52,952 nt of DNA from the NCBI GenBank assembly GCA_965644295.1, contig CBFFRP010000660.1, positions 1 to 52,952 of the forward strand, given 5' to 3'. Positions within the stretch are counted from its first letter, which is position 1, and each line of letters starts with the position of its first letter. Position numbers and translations under genes: made by a program. This stretch comes from Paraphysomonas bandaiensis. Taxonomy: Eukaryota > Protista > Chrysophyceae. Below are positions 1 through 13,768 of this stretch, one piece after another. The notes under the pieces were generated by a model. The model was not told the DNA's origin. It saw nothing but the letters and a program-made list of their open reading frames with translations, and did not search any database.

Positions 1-1
1 C

Positions 2-1885
2 CATCTCCACCTGCTCCTCACACCTCTGCCGCAGCTCCACGGTGATCTTATCCACCACTCCTGGCGTCCTCATGCACCATTGACAGAACTCCCCATAACT
101 CTTGGACCTCGCTTTCTCCACCAGCTGACTAGGGTCGTCCTCTTCCTTGGCCTCTGTTTCCCTCCCCCCTTTCCTGCTAGTGCGAGCCTCCTCCTCTTTT
201 CCTGTCATACTCTCCTTCTCTACTGTCAACCAAGTCTCCTCACTGCTGCTCCCTTCATCTGGATACTCTTCTACCCATCGATCCATGTTCGGTCTTCTGT
301 CTCCTCTCATCCACCTAACCTGATCTCTATAGCTTTTCAGAGGCGGTCCTATCTCCCTGAGCTCTCTCAATGCTACCTGAATGACCTCCTTCTGCTCCTC
401 CAGATACATCAACCTCTCTGCCAACCTATTGCTAGTCGTGAGATAGTCCAGCAGCTCCGGTATCCTCTCCCTTTCCTGGCTCAGTAACTCGAAATCCATG
501 TCTCGACGCCCCCTGGTCCTTGCATGTTGGATGATCCCCAGCCACGACACATAGAACTCTCTTTGTATATCTGGTACTCCCTCCTTCACTGCAGCCATCT
601 TCAGCTCCTCCATCAATCTATCCAATACCCCCCTGTACGTGCCTTCCGTCATCCTCTCTCTCACATTCTGTATCTCTCTCCTCACCAGCCTCTCACTCTG
701 CCATACATACTTGTCTTGATATTCTGGTTCCACCGGCTTCACCAGATGTAGCAGCATATTCCTCTGAAGCATGTTCCTAGTCTCCTGTGATAGTCCCACG
801 GGTTTCGAGGCTACATGAATGTCCTCCTGCATCCATCCTCCATCTCGTCTGCTCTCCTCCTCATCTGTCCTCCGTCTACCACTGGACCTACTCCCCATAC
901 TCCACTCATCCTGTGACAACATCTCCTCCCCTCGTCTTCTTCTCCCGCCCCCTACTCCCATCGCAGCCAACTCCTCCATCACTGGTGTACTTCGATACTC
1001 TTCCCCTATCTCCCTTCTGGCTGGTGTCTTCGGATAGTCGTCCCCTCTTTCTCCTCTATGAGACTGCCAATGCTCTGCTCCTGTGGCCTCCCTCCTACTC
1101 GTCGGTGTCTGCCCCTCTTCCCTCATTATCTTCCCTTCTCTCCGACCTCCTCTATACCAGCATACCCAACACTGTGTAGCATACTTCGGCGCTGATCCTG
1201 CCTTCAGTACTGCCTGGCAGCTCCTACACTTACGATCAAATATGAGAGTCTCTGTCCGTGGATTCCCTCTCATCTCTATCACAGGCTGATCTCTTGCTTT
1301 CTCTGTCGCATACTTCTGACGCACCCACACCCATGATGGGATATCTGCAGGCCTGCTCTCCCTCTCTTCCTGCTCCAATTCCCCTAGCCGCATCTTCTCA
1401 CTAAACAATTTCCTGGTGGTTTCCATACCCATCGCTCCGGTCTCTCTCGCTCGTACAGGCATTCCTGTTAGTGGGTCTCCCTCGTCTGACTCTTGATAGT
1501 CTGGTGCCCCGCTCCAATCTCTGTACAGTCTCTCCATTGTGGCCCCCATCCCTGGCCTGCCCTTGTTGCTGTGTCTACTCCCGTCCCCACGGTTGTAGAC
1601 TGGTTCCTCGAATGGGGCCGTCCCTTGGCCGGTCCCGGTATCCCCCCATGCCTCGGAGAGTGATGTGTCCCGTGCACCGTCCACATCGTCCTCCCATCGC
1701 TCCGCCCTTCGCTCTTCCCCACTTTGGGATCGTTGCCATGAAATTCCGCTGCCCCCTCTTCTTCGTGGCTGATCAAGTCCACTGGTTCGCGAGGGCAGCC
1801 CACGTTGTCCACCACATGAGACGATCGGAGATGTGGGGGTCCAAGGCAAAGCCCTCTGCCAAGGACCCCCACATCTCCGATCGTC
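2..1885 (-). CDS. Long open reading frame of probable retroelement origin (ORF1/gag-like), running off the window end and truncated upstream by a fold-back palindrome
   Basis: Manual translation shows no stop from 1885 to 2 (628 codons; first in-frame ATG at 1549). It is missing from the ORF track, probably because no stop lies inside the window. It is intronless, GC-richer than host genes and R/E/G-rich. It contains CRSC-x(15)-CWVC and a further CQWC. No RT motif is visible in the window. Confidence 0.6.
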
Positions 1886-2025
1886 TCATGTGGTGGACAA
1901 CGTGGGCTGCCCTCGCGAACCAGTGGACTTGATCAGCCACGAAGAAGAGGGGGCAGCGGAATTTTATGGCAACGATCCCAAAGTGGGGAAGAGCGAAGGG
2001 CGGAGCGATGGGAGGACGATGTGGA
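1680..2025. repeat. Fold-back inverted repeat (~163-bp arms, 20-bp spacer)
   Basis: 1863-2025 is the reverse complement of 1680-1842 with one mismatch (aatttCatgg vs aatttTatgg). The spacer aaggcaaagccctctgccaa is itself an imperfect hairpin. Confidence 0.97.
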
Positions 2026-5000
2026 GTTTGTCCTTGAGTAGTGTGTTGTGCGTTTGTGCATGGTGACTTGTTTCAAAAGGAAGCAGGGTATTGTGTTACA
2101 TGCGTATGCACTGCTTGAGTCAATCATGAGGGTATTTTGCACATAGGCACATGAGTAAACAACTTTGTTAGAGTGAGCAATACTTTTGTTTTATTATATC
2201 ACTGTATGATACGTGTGTGAATGTATGTGTAATTGTATTATTAGTGCTAATAAATAGTGTATGTCTGATGAATATATACGTCAACTGCTGAATTGAGTAA
2301 GTATGATGATGATGATGATATCATGATGACTGATATAAGAGTATTGCGATGATGAAACTTAACCCAGCTCAATGATAGCCATGATATGTCAATATTCTTC
2401 AGTTTGTTCTTGAGTAGTGTGTTGTGCGTTTGTGCATGGTGACTTGTTTCAAAAGGAAGCAGGGTATTGTGTTACATGCGTATGCACTGCTTGAGTCAAT
2501 CATGAGGGTATTTTGCACATAGGCACATGAGTAAACAACTTTGTTAGAGTGAGCAATACTTCTGTTTTATTATATCACTGTATGATACGTGTGTGAATGT
2601 ATGTGTAATTGTATTGTTAGTGCTAATAAATAGTGTATGTCTGATGCATATATACGTCAACTGCTGAATTGAGTAAGTATGATGATGATGATGATGATAT
2701 CATGATGACTGATATAAGAGTATTGCGATGATGAAACTTAACCCAGCTCAATGATAGCCATGATATGTCAATATTCTTCAGTTTGTCCTTGAGTAGTGTG
2801 TTGTGCGTTTGTGCATGGTGACTTGTTTCAAAAGGAAGCAGGGTATTGTGTTACATGCGTATGCACTGCTTGAGTCAATCATGAGGGTATTTTGCACATA
2901 GGCACATGAGTAAACAACTTTGTTAGAGTGAGCAATACTTCTGTTTTATTATATCACTGTATGATACGTGTGTGAATGTATGTGTAATTGTATTGTTAGT
3001 GCTAATAAATAGTGTATGTCTGATGAATATATACGTCAACTGCTGAATTGAGTAAGTATGATGATGATGATGATGATATCATGATGACTGATATAAGAGT
3101 ATTGCGATGATGAAACTTAACCCAGCTCAATGATAGCCATGATATGTCAATATTCTTCAGTTTGTCCTTGAGTAGTGTGTTGTGCGTTTGTGCATGGTGA
3201 CTTGTTTCAAAAGGAAGCAGGGTATTGTGTTACATGCGTATGCACTGCTTGAGTCAATCATGAGGGTATTTTGCACATAGGCACATGAGTAAACAACTTT
3301 GTTAGAGTGAGCAATACTTCTGTTTTATTATATCACTGTATGATACGTGTGTGAATGTATGTGTAATTGTATTATTAGTGCTAATAAATAGTGTATGTCT
3401 GATGAATATATACGTCAACTGCTGAATTGAGTAAGTATGATGATGATGATGATATCATGATGACTGATATAAGAGTATTGCGATGATGAAACTTAACCCA
3501 GCTCAATGATAGCCATGATATGTCAATATTCTTCAGTTTGTTCTTGAGTAGTGTGTTGTGCGTTTGTGCATGGTGACTTGTTTCAAAAGGAAGCAGGGTA
3601 TTGTGTTACATGCGTATGCACTGCTTGAGTCAATCATGAGGGTATTTTGCACATAGGCACATGAGTAAACAACTTTGTTAGAGTGAGCAATACTTCTGTT
3701 TTATTATATCACTGTATGATACGTGTGTGAATGTATGTGTAATTGTATTGTTAGTGCTAATAAATAGTGTATGTCTGATGAATATATACGTCAACTGCTG
3801 AATTGAGTAAGTATGATGATGATGATGATGATATCATGATGACTGATATAAGAGTATTGCGATGATGAAACTTAACCCAGCTCAATGATAGCCATGATAT
3901 GTCAATATTCTTCAGTTTGTCCTTGAGTAGTGTGTTGTGCGTTTGTGCATGGTGACTTGTTTCAAAAGGAAGCAGGGTATTGTGTTACATGCGTATGCAC
4001 TGCTTGAGTCAATCATGAGGGTATTTTGCACATAGGCACATGAGTAAACAACTTTGTTAGAGTGAGCAATACTTCTGTTTTATTATATCACTGTATGATA
4101 CGTGTGTGAATGTATGTGTAATTGTATTGTTAGTGCTAATAAATAGTGTATGTCTGATGAATATATACGTCAACTGCTGAATTGAGTAAGTATGATGATG
4201 ATGATGATGATATCATGATGACTGATATAAGAGTATTGCGATGATGAAACTTAACCCAGCTCAATGATAGCCATGATATGTCAATATTCTTCAGTTTGTC
4301 CTTGAGTAGTGTGTTGTGCGTTTGTGCATGGTGACTTGTTTCAAAAGGAAGCAGGGTATTGTGTTACATGCGTATGCACTGCTTGAGTCAATCATGAGGG
4401 TATTTTGCACATAGGCACATGAGTAAACAACTTTGTTAGAGTGAGCAATACTTCTGTTTTATTATATCACTGTATGATACGTGTGTGAATATATGTGTAA
4501 TTATATTAGTGCTAATAAATAGTGTATGTCTGATGAATATATACGTCAACTGCTGAATTGAGTAAGTATGATGATGATGATGATATCATGATGACTGATA
4601 TAAGAGTATTGCGATGATGAAACTTAACCCAGCTCAATGATAGCCATGATATGTCAATATTCTTCAGTTTGTCCTTGAGTAGTGTGTTGTGCGTTTGTGC
4701 ATGGTGACTTGTTTCAAAAGGAAGCAGGGTATTGTGTTACATGCGTATGCACTGCTTGAGTCAATCATGAGGGTATTTTGCACATAGGCACATGAGTAAA
4801 CAACTTTGTTAGAGTGAGCAATACTTCTGTTTTATTATATCACTGTATGATACGTGTGTGAATATATGTGTAATTGTATTAGTGCTAATAAATAGTGTAT
4901 GTCTGATGAATATATACGTCAACTGCTGAATTGAGTAAGTATGATGATGATGATGATATCATGATGACTGATATAAGAGTATTGCGATGATGAAACTTAA

Positions 5001-8000
5001 CCCAGCTCAATGATAGCCATGATATGTCAATATTCTTCAGTTTGTCCTTGAGTAGTGTGTTGTGCGTTTGTGCATGGTGACTTGTTTCAAAAGGAAGCAG
5101 GGTATTGTGTTACATGCGTATGCACTGCTTGAGTCAATCATGAGGGTATTTTGCACATAGGCACATGAGTAAACAACTTTGTTAGAGTGAGCAATACTTC
5201 TGTTTTATTATATCACTGTATGATATGTGTGTGAATGTATGTGTAATTGTATTAGTGCTAATAAATAGTGTATGTCTGATGAATATATACGTCAACTGCT
5301 GAATTGAGTAAGTATGATGATGATGATGATGATATCATGATGACTGATATAAGAGTATTGCGATGATGAAACTTAACCCAGCTCAATGATAGCCATGATA
5401 TGTCAATATTCTTCAGTTTGTCCTTGAGTAGTGTGTTGTGCGTTTGTGCATGGTGACTTGTTTCAAAAGGAAGCAGGGTATTGTGTTACATGCGTATGCA
5501 CTGCTTGAGTCAATCATGAGGGTATTTTGCACATAGGCACATGAGTAAACAACTTTGTTAGAGTGAGCAATACTTCTGTTTTATTATATCACTGTATGAT
5601 ACGTGTGTGAATGTATGTGTAATTGTATTAGTGCTAATAAATAGTGTATGTCTGATGAATATATACGTCAACTGCTGAATTGAGTAAGTATGATGATGAT
5701 GATATCATGATGACTGATATAAGAGTATTGCGATGATGAAACTTAACCCAGCTCAATGATAGCCATGATATGTCAATATTCTTCAGTTTGTCCTTGAGTA
5801 GTGTGTTGTGCGTTTGTGCATGGTGACTTGTTTCAAAAGGAAGCAGGGTATTGTGTTACATGCGTATGCACTGCTTGAGTCAATCATGAGGGTATTTTGC
5901 ACATAGGCACATGAGTAAACAACTTTGTTAGAGTGAGCAATACTTCTGTTTTATTATATCACTGTATGATACGTGTGTGAATATATGTGTAATTGTATTA
6001 GTGCTAATAAATAGTGTATGTCTGATGAATATATACGTCAACTGCTGAATTGAGTAAGTATGATGATGATGATGATATCATGATGACTGATATAAGAGTA
6101 TTGCGATGATGAAACTTAACCCAGCTCAATGATAGCCATGATATGTCAATATTCTTCAGTTTGTCCTTGAGTAGTGTGTTGTGCGTTTGTGCATGGTGAC
6201 TTGTTTCAAAAGGAAGCAGGGTATTGTGTTACATGCGTATGCACTGCTTGAGTCAATCATGAGGGTATTTTGCACATAGGCACATGAGTAAACAACTTTG
6301 TTAGAGTGAGCAATACTTCTGTTTTATTATATCACTGTATGATACGTGTGTGAATATATGTGTAATTGTATTAGTGCTAATAAATAGTGTATGTCTGATG
6401 AATATATACGTCAACTGCTGAATTGAGTAAGTATGATGATGATGATGATATCATGATGACTGATATAAGAGTATTGCGATGATGAAACTTAACCCAGCTC
6501 AATGATAGCCATGATATGTCAATATTCTTCAGTTTGTCCTTGAGTAGTGTGTTGTGCGTTTGTGCATGGTGACTTGTTTCAAAAGGAAGCAGGGTATTGT
6601 GTTACATGCGTATGCACTGCTTGAGTCAATCATGAGGGTATTTTGCACATAGGCACATGAGTAAACAACTTTGTTAGAGTGAGCAATACTTCTGTTTTAT
6701 TATATCACTGTATGATATGTGTGTGAATGTATGTGTAATTGTATTAGTGCTAATAAATAGTGTATGTCTGATGAATATATACGTCAACTGCTGAATTGAG
6801 TAAGTATGATGATGATGATGATGATATCATGATGACTGATATAAGAGTATTGCGATGATGAAACTTAACCCAGCTCAATGATAGCCATGATATGTCAATA
6901 TTCTTCAGTTTGTCCTTGAGTAGTGTGTTGTGCGTTTGTGCATGGTGACTTGTTTCAAAAGGAAGCAGGGTATTGTGTTACATGCGTATGCACTGCTTGA
7001 GTCAATCATGAGGGTATTTTGCACATAGGCACATGAGTAAACAACTTTGTTAGAGTGAGCAATACTTCTGTTTTATTATATCACTGTATGATACGTGTGT
7101 GAATGTATGTGTAATTGTATTAGTGCTAATAAATAGTGTATGTCTGATGAATATATACGTCAACTGCTGAATTGAGTAAGTATGATGATGATGATATCAT
7201 GATGACTGATATAAGAGTATTGCGATGATGAAACTTAACCCAGCTCAATGATAGCCATGATATGTCAATATTCTTCAGTTTGTCCTTGAGTAGTGTGTTG
7301 TGCGTTTGTGCATGGTGACTTGTTTCAAAAGGAAGCAGGGTATTGTGTTACATGCGTATGCACTGCTTGAGTCAATCATGAGGGTATTTTGCACATAGGC
7401 ACATGAGTAAACAACTTTGTTAGAGTGAGCAATACTTCTGTTTTATTATATCACTGTATGATACGTGTGTGAATGTATGTGTAATTGTATTAGTGCTAAT
7501 AAATAGTGTATGTCTGATGAATATATACGTCAACTGCTGAATTGAGTAAGTATGATGATGATGATGATATCATGATGACTGATATAAGAGTATTGCGATG
7601 ATGAAACTTAACCCAGCTCAATGATAGCCATGATATGTCAATATTCTTCAGTTTGTCCTTGAGTAGTGTGTTGTGCGTTTGTGCATGGTGACTTGTTTCA
7701 AAAGGAAGCAGGGTATTGTGTTACATGCGTATGCACTGCTTGAGTCAATCATGAGGGTATTTTGCACATAGGCACATGAGTAAACAACTTTGTTAGAGTG
7801 AGCAATACTTCTGTTTTATTATATCACTGTATGATACGTGTGTGAATATATGTGTAATTGTATTAGTGCTAATAAATAGTGTATGTCTGATGAATATATA
7901 CGTCAACTGCTGAATTGAGTAAGTATGATGATGATGATGATATCATGATGACTGATATAAGAGTATTGCGATGATGAAACTTAACCCAGCTCAATGATAG

Positions 8001-11000
8001 CCATGATATGTCAATATTCTTCAGTTTGTCCTTGAGTAGTGTGTTGTGCGTTTGTGCATGGTGACTTGTTTCAAAAGGAAGCAGGGTATTGTGTTACATG
8101 CGTATGCACTGCTTGAGTCAATCATGAGGGTATTTTGCACATAGGCACATGAGTAAACAACTTTGTTAGAGTGAGCAATACTTCTGTTTTATTATATCAC
8201 TGTATGATACGTGTGTGAATGTATGTGTAATTGTATTAGTGCTAATAAATAGTGTATGTCTGATGAATATATACGTCAACTGCTGAATTGAGTAAGTATG
8301 ATGATGATGATGATATCATGATGACTGATATAAGAGTATTGCGATGATGAAACTTAACCCAGCTCAATGATAGCCATGATATGTCAATATTCTTCAGTTT
8401 GTCCTTGAGTAGTGTGTTGTGCGTTTGTGCATGGTGACTTGTTTCAAAAGGAAGCAGGGTATTGTGTTACATGCGTATGCACTGCTTGAGTCAATCATGA
8501 GGGTATTTTGCACATAGGCACATGAGTAAACAACTTTGTTAGAGTGAGCAATACTTCTGTTTTATTATATCACTGTATGATACGTGTGTGAATATATGTG
8601 TAATTGTATTAGTGCTAATAAATAGTGTATGTCTGATGAATATATACGTCAACTGCTGAATTGAGTAAGTATGATGATGATGATGATATCATGATGACTG
8701 ATATAAGAGTATTGCGATGATGAAACTTAACCCAGCTCAATGATAGCCATGATATGTCAATATTCTTCAGTTTGTCCTTGAGTAGTGTGTTGTGCGTTTG
8801 TGCATGGTGACTTGTTTCAAAAGGAAGCAGGGTATTGTGTTACATGCGTATGCACTGCTTGAGTCAATCATGAGGGTATTTTGCACATAGGCACATGAGT
8901 AAACAACTTTGTTAGAGTGAGCAATACTTCTGTTTTATTATATCACTGTATGATACGTGTGTGAATGTATGTGTAATTGTATTATTAGTGCTAATAAATA
9001 GTGTATGTCTGATGAATATATACGTCAACTGCTGAATTGAGTAAGTATGATGATGATGATGATGATATCATGATGACTGATATAAGAGTATTGCGATGAT
9101 GAAACTTAACCCAGCTCAATGATAGCCATGATATGTCAATATTCTTCAGTTTGTCCTTGAGTAGTGTGTTGTGCGTTTGTGCATGGTGACTTGTTTCAAA
9201 AGGAAGCAGGGTATTGTGTTACATGCGTATGCACTGCTTGAGTCAATCATGAGGGTATTTTGCACATAGGCACATGAGTAAACAACTTTGTTAGAGTGAG
9301 CAATACTTCTGTTTTATTATATCACTGTATGATATGTGTGTGAATGTATGTGTAATTGTATTAGTGCTAATAAATAGTGTATGTCTGATGAATATATACG
9401 TCAACTGCTGAATTGAGTAAGTATGATGATGATGATATCATGATGACTGATATAAGAGTATTGCGATGATGAAACTTAACCCAGCTCAATGATAGCCATG
9501 ATATGTCAATATTCTTCAGTTTGTCCTTGAGTAGTGTGTTGTGCGTTTGTGCATGGTGACTTGTTTCAAAAGGAAGCAGGGTATTGTGTTACATGCGTAT
9601 GCACTGCTTGAGTCAATCATGAGGGTATTTTGCACATAGGCACATGAGTAAACAACTTTGTTAGAGTGAGCAATACTTCTGTTTTATTATATCACTGTAT
9701 GATATGTGTGTGAATGTATGTGTAATTGTATTATTAGTGCTAATAAATAGTGTATGTCTGATGAATATATACGTCAACTGCTGAATTGAGTAAGTATGAT
9801 GATGATGATGATGATATCATGATGACTGATATAAGAGTATTGCGATGATGAAACTTAACCCAGCTCAATGATAGCCATGATATGTCAATATTCTTCAGTT
9901 TGTCCTTGAGTAGTGTGTTGTGCGTTTGTGCATGGTGACTTGTTTCAAAAGGAAGCAGGGTATTGTGTTACATGCGTATGCACTGCTTGAGTCAATCATG
10001 AGGGTATTTTGCACATAGGCACATGAGTAAACAACTTTGTTAGAGTGAGCAATACTTTTGTTTTATTATATCACTGTATGATATGTGTGTGAATGTATGT
10101 GTAATTGTATTAGTGCTAATAAATAGTGTATGTCTGATGAATATATACGTCAACTGCTGAATTGAGTAAGTATGATGATGATGATATCATGATGACTGAT
10201 ATAAGAGTATTGCGATGATGAAACTTAACCCAGCTCAATGATAGCCATGATATGTCAATATTCTTCAGTTTGTCCTTGAGTAGTGTGTTGTGCGTTTGTG
10301 CATGGTGACTTGTTTCAAAAGGAAGCAGGGTATTGTGTTACATGCGTATGCACTGCTTGAGTCAATCATGAGGGTATTTTGCACATAGGCACATGAGTAA
10401 ACAACTTTGTTAGAGTGAGCAATACTTCTGTTTTATTATATCACTGTATGATACGTGTGTGAATATATGTGTAATTGTATTAGTGCTAATAAATAGTGTA
10501 TGTCTGATGAATATATACGTCAACTGCTGAATTGAGTAAGTATGATGATGATGATGATGATATCATGATGACTGATATAAGAGTATTGCGATGATGAAAC
10601 TTAACCCAGCTCAATGATAGCCATGATATGTCAATATTCTTCAGTTTGTCCTTGAGTAGTGTGTTGTGCGTTTGTGCATGGTGACTTGTTTCAAAAGGAA
10701 GCAGGGTATTGTGTTACATGCGTATGCACTGCTTGAGTCAATCATGAGGGTATTTTGCACATAGGCACATGAGTAAACAACTTTGTTAGAGTGAGCAATA
10801 CTTTTGTTTTATTATATCACTGTATGATATGTGTGTGAATGTATGTGTAATTGTATTATTAGTGCTAATAAATAGTGTATGTCTGATGAATATATACGTC
10901 AACTGCTGAATTGAGTAAGTATGATGATGATGATATCATGATGACTGATATAAGAGTATTGCGATGATGAAACTTAACCCAGCTCAATGATAGCCATGAT

Positions 11001-12935
11001 ATGTCAATATTCTTCAGTTTGTCCTTGAGTAGTGTGTTGTGCGTTTGTGCATGGTGACTTGTTTCAAAAGGAAGCAGGGTATTGTGTTACATGCGTATGC
11101 ACTGCTTGAGTCAATCATGAGGGTATTTTGCACATAGGCACATGAGTAAACAACTTTGTTAGAGTGAGCAATACTTCTGTTTTATTATATCACTGTATGA
11201 TACGTGTGTGAATGTATGTGTAATTGTATTATTAGTGCTAATAAATAGTGTATGTCTGATGAACATATACGTCAACTGCTGAATTGAGTAAGTATGATGA
11301 TGATGATGATGATATCATGATGACTGATATAAGAGTATTGCGATGATGAAACTTAACCCAGCTCAATGATAGCCATGATATGTCAATATTCTTCAGTTTG
11401 TCCTTGAGTAGTGTGTTGTGCGTTTGTGCATGGTGACTTGTTTCAAAAGGAAGCAGGGTATTGTGTTACATGCGTATGCACTGCTTGAGTCAATCATGAG
11501 GGTATTTTGCACATAGGCACATGAGTAAACAACTTTGTTAGAGTGAGCAATACTTTTGTTTTATTATATCACTGTATGATATGTGTGTGAATGTATGTGT
11601 AATTGTATTATTAGTGCTAATAAATAGTGTATGTCTGATGAATATATACGTCAACTGCTGAATTGAGTAAGTATGATGATGATGATATCATGATGACTGA
11701 TATAAGAGTATTGCGATGATGAAACTTAACCCAGCTCAATGATAGCCATGATATGTCAATATTCTTCAGTTTGTCCTTGAGTAGTGTGTTGTGCGTTTGT
11801 GCATGGTGACTTGTTTCAAAAGGAAGCAGGGTATTGTGTTACATGCGTATGCACTGCTTGAGTCAATCATGAGGGTATTTTGCACATAGGCACATGAGTA
11901 AACAACTTTGTTAGAGTGAGCAATACTTCTGTTTTATTATATCACAGTATGATACGTGTGTGAATGTATGTGTAATTGTATTATTAGTGCTAATAAATAG
12001 TGTATGTCTGATGAACATATACGTCAACTGCTGAATTGAGTAAGTATGATGATGATGATGATGATATCATGATGACTGATATAAGAGTATTGCGATGATG
12101 AAACTTAACCCAGCTCAATGATAGCCATGATATGTCAATATTCTTCAGTTTGTCCTTGAGTAGTGTGTTGTGCGTTTGTGCATGGTGACTTGTTTCAAAA
12201 GGAAGCAGGGTATTGTGTTACATGCGTATGCACTGCTTGAGTCAATCATGAGGGTATTTTGCACATAGGCACATGAGTAAACAACTTTGTTAGAGTGAGC
12301 AATACTTTTGTTTTATTATATCACTGTATGATACGTGTGTGAATGTATGTGTACTTGTATTATTAGTGCTAATAAATAGTGTATGTCTGATGAATATATA
12401 CGTCAACTGCTGAATTGAGTAAGTATGATGATGATATCATGATGACTGATATAAGAGTATTGCGATGATGAAACTTAACCCAGCTCAATGATAGCCATGA
12501 TATGTCAATATTCTTCAGTTTGTCCTTGAGTAGTGTGTTGTGCGTTTGTGCATGGTGACTTGTTTCAAAAGGAAGCAGGGTATTGTGTTACATGCGTATG
12601 CACTGCTTGAGTCAATCATGAGGGTATTTTGCACATAGGCACATGAGTAAACAACTTTGTTAGAGTGAGCAATACTTCTGTTTTATTATATCACTGTATG
12701 ATACGTGTGTGAATGTATGTGTAATTGTATTAGTGCTAATAAATAGTGTATGTCTGATGAATATATACGTCAACTGCTGAATTGAGTAAGTATGATGATG
12801 ATGATATCATGATGACTGATATAAGAGTATTGCGATGATGAAACTTAACCCAGCTCAATGATAGCCATGATATGTCAATATTCTTCAGTTTGTCCTTGAG
12901 TAGTGTGTTGTGCGTTTGTGCATGGTGACTTGTTT
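2025..12935. repeat. Tandem satellite array: 29 full units of 370-379 bp plus a 49-bp partial unit
   Basis: The unit start agtttgt(c/t)cttgagtagtgtg recurs at 2025, 2401, 2780, 3159, 3535, 3914, 4293 and so on to 12517 and 12887. Units are nearly identical. Length variation comes from a (gat)n run and a 3-bp indel. Confidence 0.99.
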
Positions 12936-13124
12936 ATGTCTTCTTATGTCTAGGATACATTATAGCTTATCCTCATGATGTTGAAAAACTATCGTCAAGA
13001 TTGTATAGCTATTTGTAGTTGAAGATAGATAACCTTCACTGACATCTTTCTGTCTACATAAGAATATAACTTGGAGTGTTTGATGATCTGCTTTGAAAGT
13101 TCACTCATCATTGTGACGAATAAA

Positions 13125-13335
13125 CAGTCAGGCATCCGGGAGGTTCACCTTAAGGACAGAGAGAAGTGGTTACACCTTGGTGCTTGCAGTGACGCACAAG
13201 CACCTTTGGTGGCGTTAAATAGTAGGACATCAGAGTTAATCAATAGTTAGTTAAATTGTTTTGCTACATTAGTTCTGAGTTCTGACTCTTTCACGCCTAT
13301 TGGCCTATTTCTAATAATCAGATATTCACTACTAT
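13125..13335 (+). mobile_element. SINE-like / LINE 3'-tail repeat copy (5' truncated)
   Basis: Shares aagtggtt(a/g)caccttggtgcttgc..gacgcacaagca, gcgttaaatagtagga, acgcctattg and taataatcaga.attcactact with the LINE 3' UTR at 44225-44411 and with 33160-33312. Confidence 0.75.
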
Positions 13336-13768
13336 CTAAACAAACATTCAATTGACTCGATCAACATTTACTTCACTATACCTAAATATCAGGATATTTA
13401 GTTCTGTGAAATGGCCTACTACTATATTGACATATTGACACAGTTAAGATAATGATAGTTGAATATCTATATTTTCCCGGTGCTATTGAACCCAATTTAG
13501 GTCAAAAACACTTTCAGGGACAAAAAGTAAAGTTGCTGGTGAGAGTTATATACTTTCAAGTATTCATCCACAAAACAATACTTATTATACAAGATGTAAT
13601 AGATTCCAGTCAAGATTAGGTGTGCAAGACTAGAATAGGGGCTGATACAGACATCACAACCGCAAGTGACGATAAAGTATATGACATGAACACACGGGTA
13701 ACTAATTTGTGAGAAAAATTTACATAGTATACCATCATGTACACAATACCAGGTAGAAGACAATTTCA

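Noticed and set aside
80-1932. Plus-strand ORFs rich in L/S/P
   Set aside because: They are shadows of the long purine-rich minus-strand frame and the palindrome.
2025-12935. CRISPR array or hammerhead-ribozyme satellite
   Set aside because: There are no unique spacers or cas genes. CTGATGA/GAAAC (plus) and CTGAAGA/GAAAC-aa-GTC (minus) are present, but stems I and II cannot be formed convincingly.
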